Positions 8,517 to 16,040 of a stretch of 64,000 nucleotides of DNA are shown in pieces. A program made the position numbers and the translations under genes. The stretch spans positions 336,470 to 400,469 of the forward strand of contig NZ_JAAAPJ010000005.1 of NCBI RefSeq assembly GCF_009909145.1, in the 5' to 3' direction. The DNA comes from Corallococcus silvisoli. Its GTDB lineage: Bacteria; Myxococcota; Myxococcia; Myxococcales; Myxococcaceae. Under the pieces are notes generated by a model, which worked only from the letters and a program-made list of their open reading frames with translations, searched no databases and was not told the origin of the DNA. Positions within the stretch are counted from its first letter, which is position 1; the number at the start of each line of letters is the position of its first letter.

Positions 8517-9594
8517 GACGTGTCCTCCGCTGCTGCCTTCCGTCGACGGCTTCCACCAGCGCCTCCACTGCGTGAGTCAGCTCCTCCGCGCCGTGCCGCG
8601 CGGTGAGGATGAAGCTCACCGACACCTCCGGACCGCAGCGCGAGCGCTGGAGCACGGTCCGGATGCCACGCCGGTGCAGCCGCTCGTGGACCGCTCGCGG
8701 GTTCACCCCGCGAGGAAGCTGGATCCGCTGCACCGGGAACCGCCCGCCCACCGAGGCCAACCCCGACCGCCGCAGCCGCCCCCGGAAGTGCGCCACCCGC
8801 AGCGCCAGCGCCTCCCGGAGCGCGTCGCCTTTCCGGCGATTGATGGCCACCGCGTGCTCGGCGGCATGGAGATCCGCCACCGAAGGTGGACTGCAATGCA
8901 TCCGCGTCTCGCTGCGCTCCTCGTACCTGGCCACCACCCGCGCGCCGCCGGCCATCAGCGCCATCGGCACACCCAAGGCCTTCGCCATCGAGCCGCACCA
9001 CAGGACATCTGGCCCGTGGATGCCGTACCAGCGCAGCGAACCCCCTCCGCCGGCTCCGTATGGCAGGCCGGGCCCCGGCATGCCGAACACTCCCAAGGCT
9101 TGGGTGTCGTCCAGGATGAGCAGGCCCCCATGGGCCCGGACCACCTCCAGGTACGCGTCGAGCGGCGCCAGCGCGCCGCAGCCCGGACACCAACCGTCGC
9201 AGACCACCACCGGCCGGAGCCCCTGGCGCGGCGCCCGTGCCAGGAGCCTCGCCAGGGCCTCGGGCGAATGATGGGGAAAGCTCCTCACGGGTCCGCCGCG
9301 CGCCACCACCCGCTCGAACCCCCACCGCACCACCGGGTAGCTGCCTTCATCCCAGTAGAGGGCCACGGGGCGCCCCGCGAGCGCTCCGAACACGTCCCAG
9401 AACAGGTGCAGCGTGGAGCGGGCGAACAGCCCCCGCTCGCAGCCCACCAGCTCCGCCAGGGCGCGTGACGTCTCTTGCGTTCCGGGGGGCTCCTCGAGGA
9501 TGGCCGGAGTGCCCAGGGTGAGCCGCTCCCACGGCGCGAGCGATCCGCTGGAGTGCTCCAGGCCCAGGTAGAGCGCGGAGGTGAAGTCGAGCAC
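8509..9594 (-). CDS. PLP-dependent aminotransferase class I/II fold enzyme, alpha-oxoamine synthase family (AONS/KBL/SPT-like), N-terminally short
   Basis: LDFTSALYLGL (AONS LDFxSNDYLGL), DDTQALGVFG (DExHxxG) and the PLP-lysine motif GSMAKALG. At 361 aa it is shorter than typical AONS and lacks the first ~40 residues. Confidence 0.75.
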   Translation of the reverse strand: MLDFTSALYLGLEHSSGSLAPWERLTLGTPAILEEPPGTQETSRALAELVGCERGLFARSTLHLFWDVFGALAGRPVALYWDEGSYPVVRWGFERVVARGGPVRSFPHHSPEALARLLARAPRQGLRPVVVCDGWCPGCGALAPLDAYLEVVRAHGGLLILDDTQALGVFGMPGPGLPYGAGGGGSLRWYGIHGPDVLWCGSMAKALGVPMALMAGGARVVARYEERSETRMHCSPPSVADLHAAEHAVAINRRKGDALREALALRVAHFRGRLRRSGLASVGGRFPVQRIQLPRGVNPRAVHERLHRRGIRTVLQRSRCGPEVSVSFILTARHGAEELTHAVEALVEAVDGRQQRRTRHE

Positions 9595-9609
9595 CGGCGC
9601 CGTCCCCCG

Positions 9610-11466
9610 TCACCGCCTCCGCTGCAGGGCCAGCCGGTTGCGCAGGTGCACCGAGGGGGACACGTAGCGCTCCGCCAGGCGCTGCTGGTCGGTGATGTCG
9701 ACCGCGAGGTCCACGCCGGTGACGGCCCGGTACGCGTGGATGTAGCCCTGGATCTCCGGCCGCCAGTAGCGCGCCCAGTTGGCGGCCTGGTTCGGGTCGT
9801 TCGTGATGCTCCACGCGCCGTAGCGCACGGCCAGGAGCACCTGCTCGCCGTAGACGGCGAGGTCGTGGAAGTGCACCACGCTGACGTCCGTCCACCCCAG
9901 GAGCGACTTCATCGCATCCACCCGGTCCATCCACGGCTCCGGGTAGGGCACCATCACCCGCCCGCCGAGGAACTCGCGCATCTCCGGGCGCGACAGCAGC
10001 CACTGCTGCATCAGCATCTCCTGGCGCGCGGTGGAGGGCATGTCTCCGAACTGGTTATGGGCCCCCTGCGCCAGCAGGTAGTGCGTCTCCTTGAGCGAGT
10101 TGAGCACCGGGAAGCCGTCCGACACCACGGTGGTGTCATCGTCCTGCCGGAAGAACTGCACGCATTGGTGGAGCAGGTTGTGGAAGGACTCGAGGAACTT
10201 CGAGCGCCGATCCGCGGTGCGCATCCCGGACACGGCCTTGCCGTGCAGCGTGAAGCCATATTCGTGGTCGTACTCGTGGGCGCGGCGCACGACGCTCAGC
10301 CGGTGCTGCTCGTCCTGGAGGTAGCCCCACAACACGTTGTTGAGGGGCCGCAGCGGATCGATCTCCATGTTCGCCAGCGGATCCCGGTCCCCGGGCCCGC
10401 GCACGTTCTGGAAGCGATTGCTGATGTAGTTCATCGCCTGGACCAGCATTCCCTCCTCGTGCCAGTAGTTCCAGATGAGCTCCAGGAAGGTGGGGTAGCC
10501 CAGCTTCTGCTGGAGGATGCCGTAGCAAGCGGCGTAGTCGTCCTCCGGAATGTTCCGAGGCGCGATGACCGGCACGTCGGGGAGCTTGTTGCGGATGATC
10601 GCCAGGTAGGGGAGCGCGACATCGGCGCTTCCGTTCACATCCTCCAGGTAGTGCTTCCACACGACCTCGAAGTCGAAATCGCGAGGAAGCGTCTGGCCGA
10701 GGCGACCGCCCTCCACGCGCGCGTCCAGCTTGTCCAGCAGCTCCGTGAAGTCCACCAGCACGCCCGTGCGCTCCAGCATGAAGGCCTCGGTCAGGGCCTT
10801 CAGCTTCCGGTAGGCATCCACGCCAGGGAATGGCAGCCGGAGCTTGGGCTTGCGGATCGGGGTCGGCCTGCCCGGGCCCGGCAGGCCCGTGCCCGGGTCC
10901 GTCATGTGGTCGGGCGGGCAGAGGTGTGCGTCGATGAACCGGCTGTATTGATCGAAGGAGAGCCAATCGGTGGTCTTGCGGATGACCATCCAGAGGATGA
11001 CGTCGGTCGTCAGCGGATGAAGGGTGCGCTGCAGCGCCACGGGGAGGACAGGCATGCGTCCAGCCGCGCCGAAGGAGTTGAGCTCGTTGAGCGCTTCGCG
11101 CACCACCTCCCGGACGTTCCTGTCGCCCTCTCCCGGGAGGAGGGTCAGCGACTGTTCGGCTTCCCAGGTGAACGCGGGCCTGGTGGAGCCCGCCCCTTCG
11201 AACTCCTCGAGGATGACCTTGGCCTTGAGGACGCCCGCGCGCCTCGAGCTGGGAATCGTCCAGGTCGCGTGGCCATTGAGCTCCTGCCTGTCCGCGCTGG
11301 ACTTGGAGACCGGGGGTTCGACGCTGCCGGCCTCCACGGACCATCTGTAGACCCGATGCGTGAGCTTCGGGTTCACGTGGACGGGGGACGCCGACAGTTC
11401 GACGGTGGCACCCGAAGCGCTCGAGGTGACGGTGGTGGGTGAGAGAGTGAGTGTGACGCCAGCCAT
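9610..11466 (-). CDS. Hypothetical protein (618 aa), no recognisable domain; possible N-terminal beta-sandwich
   Basis: Long ORF with GC3-rich codon usage. Strong Shine-Dalgarno GGAGG 8 nt upstream of ATG at 11466. A TTG at 11481 sits 2 nt after the upstream stop. Confidence 0.6.
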   Translation of the reverse strand: MAGVTLTLSPTTVTSSASGATVELSASPVHVNPKLTHRVYRWSVEAGSVEPPVSKSSADRQELNGHATWTIPSSRRAGVLKAKVILEEFEGAGSTRPAFTWEAEQSLTLLPGEGDRNVREVVREALNELNSFGAAGRMPVLPVALQRTLHPLTTDVILWMVIRKTTDWLSFDQYSRFIDAHLCPPDHMTDPGTGLPGPGRPTPIRKPKLRLPFPGVDAYRKLKALTEAFMLERTGVLVDFTELLDKLDARVEGGRLGQTLPRDFDFEVVWKHYLEDVNGSADVALPYLAIIRNKLPDVPVIAPRNIPEDDYAACYGILQQKLGYPTFLELIWNYWHEEGMLVQAMNYISNRFQNVRGPGDRDPLANMEIDPLRPLNNVLWGYLQDEQHRLSVVRRAHEYDHEYGFTLHGKAVSGMRTADRRSKFLESFHNLLHQCVQFFRQDDDTTVVSDGFPVLNSLKETHYLLAQGAHNQFGDMPSTARQEMLMQQWLLSRPEMREFLGGRVMVPYPEPWMDRVDAMKSLLGWTDVSVVHFHDLAVYGEQVLLAVRYGAWSITNDPNQAANWARYWRPEIQGYIHAYRAVTGVDLAVDITDQQRLAERYVSPSVHLRNRLALQRRR

Positions 11467-11483
11467 GATTCCATCCTCCAACG

Positions 11484-12827
11484 CTAGGTGACGACGTTCC
11501 GCGGCAACGCGGGAGCCCGGAGCACCGACGCCAGGGTCCGCGACTTCGAGAGTGACGCGCAGGTCTCGGACGCATCGAGCGTGCTGCGCAGGGCCCAGTA
11601 CTTGAGGAGCTCGGCCAGGGCCTTGCTCTCCTCCTCGGGAGTGATGGCCCCGTCGGCCCTGGCCTGCCCGATGACGGCGAACACCAGCGAGGGCGGCGAC
11701 TCACGAATGCGGGAGCGCCGGGCGCGCCACTCCCGGTACAGCTCGGAGAGCCGGTCTGGCTGACGCTCCCGCGTCTTCATGACCTCCACCAGCGTGCGTC
11801 CACGAAGGGACTCCGGCCGGTGCTCCACCAGGAGCCGCGCGATGCGCGGCAGGCTCGCCTCGAGCGCGCCGAGCACCCGGCGGTGCTGCTCGGACAGTCC
11901 GTCGATGGGGTAGAACGCCTTCCACAGTCGCGCCAGCCGCGCCCACTGCGGATGCGGATACAGCAGTCCGCCCAGCGCGCTGCTCAGCTTGACGCGGATC
12001 CACGGGATGGGATGGGGGTCGTCCATGTTCAGCCGGAACACGAACGGCCGCGGCAGGCTCACCACCCCCATCAGCCCCACCGTGGCGGTCACCCCCACGC
12101 GAGCCACCGACCAGAAATCCGCGACGACCTCCGAGATCCACCGCTCCCACAGGCCCCAGACCAGCGCGTCCTCGGGCCCTTCACGCGGCACGTCGCGCAG
12201 GGCCACGCGGAGCGAGGCCACCAGGTCCAGCAGCGCCGCCCCCTGGTGCCCCACCTCGTGGAAGAGGGAGGACGCGAGGCTGCTGCCGATCATCCGCTCG
12301 CGGGGGACGCGGATGATGGCCACCGGGTTCGCCCCGCCGCCGGGCAGACGCGTGCGCGCCCGGCGGATGGCCGCTCCGGGGCCGCGAGCCAGGTAGCAGA
12401 TGACGGGCGGCGCCTCGTAGTACCCCGGCAGCTCCAGCGCGTTCTTGGAGAGCACGTCCAGCCCCGCCAGCCAGACGCCGTTGTCCGCCTCGCTGCGCTG
12501 GCTCATGGCCTCGCTGAAGATGTCGAACTGCGACAGCACCACGTTGAAGCGCAGCCGCAGGAAGGTGAAGCGCCGCTGCGCCTCGGCGGGGGCCGCGTGT
12601 CGGCCCCAGGGGCCCTCCAACCACGCGAGGTACTGGTGGATCTGCGTCCGTAGCTCACGGCGCCCCTTGACCAGGTAGCTCTCCAACGCCGCCTGCGCTT
12701 CGACGGAGAGCGTGGCCGCTGGGACCATCGTCTCCGACATGGCGAAGGACTTGATGCGCTCGAGCCGGGTGAGCAGCGCGCGGGCCTCCTGTGACAGCAT
12801 CCAGGAGGCGAAGGAGCCGGAGGACAT
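11484..12827 (-). CDS. Hypothetical protein (447 aa) with an HExxH zinc-metallopeptidase-like motif (SLFHEVGHQ)
   Basis: Long ORF, typical codon usage, with HEVGH in a hydrophobic context. No signal peptide; family not recognised. Confidence 0.6.
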   Translation of the reverse strand: MSSGSFASWMLSQEARALLTRLERIKSFAMSETMVPAATLSVEAQAALESYLVKGRRELRTQIHQYLAWLEGPWGRHAAPAEAQRRFTFLRLRFNVVLSQFDIFSEAMSQRSEADNGVWLAGLDVLSKNALELPGYYEAPPVICYLARGPGAAIRRARTRLPGGGANPVAIIRVPRERMIGSSLASSLFHEVGHQGAALLDLVASLRVALRDVPREGPEDALVWGLWERWISEVVADFWSVARVGVTATVGLMGVVSLPRPFVFRLNMDDPHPIPWIRVKLSSALGGLLYPHPQWARLARLWKAFYPIDGLSEQHRRVLGALEASLPRIARLLVEHRPESLRGRTLVEVMKTRERQPDRLSELYREWRARRSRIRESPPSLVFAVIGQARADGAITPEEESKALAELLKYWALRSTLDASETCASLSKSRTLASVLRAPALPRNVVT

Positions 12828-12833
12828 GGTGGC

Positions 12834-13463
12834 TCAGACCCCGTAGAGGATGATCTTGTTGCCCTTGCGCACCCAGCGGCCACTGCGGCCACCGGTGCCC
12901 GCGGCGTGCGGCATCTGGGCGGCGAAGCCAGGGGCGAACTTCTGGATGGCCTGGTGGACGGCGGCGCCAGCCACCTGCTGGGGCGAAGCATTGTCGGGCG
13001 AGTTGAGGGCCGTCTTGGAGGCGTCCGAGGCGAGTCGGACAATCTGCCGGGCCACCTCGAACTCGCGGTCCTCCTGGCTCAGGCCCTCCAGTTCGAGCCC
13101 GAACGCCTGGCCCGCCATGGAGGCCAGCTTGCCACCGACGGCGCCGCCCACGCCGGGGACCACGAGGTTGCCGAGCGCGCTGCCCACCATCGGCAGGGCC
13201 TGCCTGGCCAGTCCCTTGAGCATGCCCCCGAGCTGCTTGCCCAGCGGAGACTTCACGACCTTGCCGACGGCGCTGCCCACCTTCTTGATGATGTTGCCGA
13301 GGAACTGATCCAGCTCCTGCTCGTTGCTGACCTCCAGCAGCTCCGAGGCGAGCTCGTTCAGCTCGTTCTCGTTGAAGACCTCGCCCCACTCCGACTCGGC
13401 GTTGAACTCGAACTCGAACGACTCCCCCTCCAGTTCCTGGTAGGTGCGATCCACGTCATGCAT
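12834..13463 (-). CDS. Hypothetical small protein (209 aa): acidic N-terminus, Gly/Lys-rich amphipathic central segment, basic C-terminus; first gene of the operon
   Basis: ATG at 13463 (MHDVD) preceded by GAGGAA. The ORF-track extension to 13712 is rejected. Low-complexity composition is visible directly in the sequence. Confidence 0.55.
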   Translation of the reverse strand: MHDVDRTYQELEGESFEFEFNAESEWGEVFNENELNELASELLEVSNEQELDQFLGNIIKKVGSAVGKVVKSPLGKQLGGMLKGLARQALPMVGSALGNLVVPGVGGAVGGKLASMAGQAFGLELEGLSQEDREFEVARQIVRLASDASKTALNSPDNASPQQVAGAAVHQAIQKFAPGFAAQMPHAAGTGGRSGRWVRKGNKIILYGV

Positions 13464-13520
13464 GGTCAGTTCCTCGTGTGATGGGGCCGGCTTCGTGGCC
13501 GCGGGTTCGGACCGGGCATA

Positions 13521-13536
13521 AGCAGCGGCTGTGCCA
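13521..13536 (-). promoter_or_regulatory. Candidate sigma-54 (-24/-12) promoter TGGCAC-agccg-CTGCT upstream of the six-gene operon
   Basis: Reverse complement of 13521-13536 reads TGGCACagccgCTGCT. GG and GC are separated by the canonical 10 nt. It lies ~58-73 nt upstream of the ATG at 13463. Confidence 0.4.
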
Positions 13537-13766
13537 ACCCCGCCGAGGGTCGCTCCTGCTCTGGGAGTCAGGGCGCGGGAGCGAAGCGCGCTTCGGCGGC
13601 GCCGGCCGAACGGGAGATTCGGCGAAGCAGGCTTCGGCGCCCCGTCATGGCCCCGTGGGCTCCGGGCGAGTCCCCCCCCTGGCGAGGGCATTCGTCCCCT
13701 CGCCGTCGCCATTCGCGGGGCCGTCGGCTAGCGTTCGGCCCTCTCCGCGGAACAAGAGGGGGGCCC

Positions 13767-16040
13767 ATGCGCGTCGTACCGTCCATCCTGGAATCCGTCA
13801 CCGTTCACGCCGAAGGCGCGCTGTGCACCCGCGCGCTCGTGCTCTCCCCCGAGGACGGGCACCTGCCCGAACAGGTCCGCGTCGACGGCCTGCCCCTGGC
13901 CCTGCGAACAGCGACCCTGCGCGCCCGCGTGGTGGAGGGCCCCACCGGGCTCCTCGTCCGCGACCTGCGGCCCACGTTCGACGTGCGGCTGCCCGCCGAA
14001 TCGGACCTGCCCGCGGAGCTGCACGCGGCCGAAGCGGCGGAGGCCGCGCTGTCGGACGTGCTGGGCCGGCTGGAGCGGGTGCGCGCGGAGCTGGAGACCC
14101 TTCAGGGACTGGCGCCCTCCTTCCCGCCCCAGCGCAAGGGCCAGCTCCCGCGCGAGGCGCCCCTCGCCGCGATGCTGGCGCTGACGGGCTTCGTGGACGC
14201 GGAGCTGACGGCGCTGCATGCCCAGCGGCTGGAGCTGGAGCGGCAGTACCGCGACGCCACCCAAGAGCTGGAGCTGCGCCGCCGCCGCGTCCAGGAGCTG
14301 TCCTCCGCGCGAAGCGTGGACCGGGCCCGGCTCTTCCGCGCGGCCCTCCTCACGCTGTCCGGCCCCATCGCCGCGAACGCGGAGGCGCGCCTGGTGTTGG
14401 AGTACGCCGTGGCGGGCGCGCGATGGGTGCCCACCTACGACCTGCGCCTGCCGCGCACGCTGGAGGAAGGCACGCTGCGCATGCGTGCCGCCGTCATCCA
14501 GCGGACCGGCGAGGACTGGAAGGGGGTCCGGCTGTCGGTCTCCACCGCGAGCCTGGAGCGGCGCGCGGTGGTGCCGGAGCTGAAGTCGCTGCGCATCGGC
14601 CGCAGCCAGCCGGCGCCCGTGCGCTCGGGATGGCGTGAGCCCGCGCCGGGCCTGGACGAGCTGTTCGCGGGCTACGACGCCATGACGGTGCCGCCCCCTC
14701 TCGCGATGCCCGAGCCTCTTCCGCCCCCTCCGATGGACGAGCTGGACGCGGATGAGGACTCGTTCGGGAGCGTGGTGGCCTTCGAGGAGTCCTTGAAGGA
14801 GAAGTCGCCGAAGGCGATGTCGTCCTCGTATGGGGGCGCGCCGGGCGCTCCGCCCATGGCGCCCCCTTCCGTCTCCCGGCCCGCGCCGCCGCCCATGCCG
14901 GCTCCCAAGGCCGCGGCCCCCGCGCTGGGCGGAGTCCGCCCGTCGGCGGCCCCGAGCCGGAACCTCAGCGACGGCGGAGACCTCAGCCGGAGTTTCCGGC
15001 GGGATGCCCCGGGCCGGGGCGGCGGCGGGATGAGCAAGAAGCGCGCGGCCGAGGAGGAGAGCCTCGATGATGCCCCGATGATGGACCTGTCATCGGACCT
15101 CTCGGACGGCGAGGGCGGCGGCGGGGAGTCGCGGCGCACGAGGGCCCTGGAGCCCGCGGACAGCCTGTTCGACTACGACTCGCTGACGCTGGCCCCTCCG
15201 GGCGCTCCAGCCGAGCGCGGCCGGCTGACGCCCCGGCCGGCGCTCATCACGCAGGCGAGGCTGTCCGTCACTTCCGTGAGTCTCCAGGTCGAAGTGGTGC
15301 GCCTGGAGGCCCAGGCCTTCGTCACCGCCGAGTCCGTGAACACCGTGCCGCCGCCCACGTGGGCGGTGGCGCCGCGCGACTCCGCCCGGCACTTCGACGC
15401 GCGCTTCGACGCGGAGGCGGTCGCGGACGTGCCCGCCGACGGCGCGTGGCACACGGTGCCCATGCTGACGGTGCCCCTGGAGTTCCGCGCCGAATACGTC
15501 TGCGTGCCTTCGGTGGAGCCGCGGGTCTTCCGCACGGTGCGCCTGGACAATCGGACACCGCACCCGCTGCTCGCGGGGCCCGTGGACGTGACGCTCGGGG
15601 ATGAGTTCCTGATGACCTCTCCGCTGCCCACGCTCGGGCCCGGCGAGACGCAGCGGCTGGGATTGGGCGTGGAGGAAGCGATCCAGGTGGCGCGCAACAC
15701 GCGCTTCGAGGAAGCGACGGGCGGCATGTTCGGCAACAACACCGTCCTCACGCACCACGTCTCCGTGGAGGTGACCAACCACCTCGCGCGTCCCGCGACG
15801 CTCGCCATCTCCGAGCGCATCGGCGCGGTGCCCGAGTCCCAGAAGGACCTCAAGGTCGAGGAGGCGGAGGTCATCCCGCCCTGGCAGAAGCCCACGCCCC
15901 TGCCCGGAGAGGTCGCGGTGGAGGGCGAGCGGGTCTGGCGCATGAGCATGCCCGCCGGAGAGAAGCGTTCGATGAAGGCGACATGGGTCGTGAAGCTGCC
16001 CGGCAACAAGATGCTGTACGGCGGGAACCGGAGGACATGA
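13767..16040 (+). CDS. DUF4139/MuiA-like (myxobacterial paralogous family) protein with a Pro/Ala-rich central linker
   Basis: Long ORF with ATG at 13767 (MRVVPSILESVTV). Shares architecture and short motifs (WVPTYDLRLP compared with AWRPAYRAAL) with the next gene. Family assigned from memory only. Confidence 0.6.
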   Translation: MRVVPSILESVTVHAEGALCTRALVLSPEDGHLPEQVRVDGLPLALRTATLRARVVEGPTGLLVRDLRPTFDVRLPAESDLPAELHAAEAAEAALSDVLGRLERVRAELETLQGLAPSFPPQRKGQLPREAPLAAMLALTGFVDAELTALHAQRLELERQYRDATQELELRRRRVQELSSARSVDRARLFRAALLTLSGPIAANAEARLVLEYAVAGARWVPTYDLRLPRTLEEGTLRMRAAVIQRTGEDWKGVRLSVSTASLERRAVVPELKSLRIGRSQPAPVRSGWREPAPGLDELFAGYDAMTVPPPLAMPEPLPPPPMDELDADEDSFGSVVAFEESLKEKSPKAMSSSYGGAPGAPPMAPPSVSRPAPPPMPAPKAAAPALGGVRPSAAPSRNLSDGGDLSRSFRRDAPGRGGGGMSKKRAAEEESLDDAPMMDLSSDLSDGEGGGGESRRTRALEPADSLFDYDSLTLAPPGAPAERGRLTPRPALITQARLSVTSVSLQVEVVRLEAQAFVTAESVNTVPPPTWAVAPRDSARHFDARFDAEAVADVPADGAWHTVPMLTVPLEFRAEYVCVPSVEPRVFRTVRLDNRTPHPLLAGPVDVTLGDEFLMTSPLPTLGPGETQRLGLGVEEAIQVARNTRFEEATGGMFGNNTVLTHHVSVEVTNHLARPATLAISERIGAVPESQKDLKVEEAEVIPPWQKPTPLPGEVAVEGERVWRMSMPAGEKRSMKATWVVKLPGNKMLYGGNRRT

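Noticed and set aside
8509-9594. Calling the AONS-like enzyme bioF or a serine palmitoyltransferase
   Set aside because: The family signatures are clear, but the protein is N-terminally short, no bio genes are nearby, and its partners are not lipid-synthesis genes. Specific function is left open.
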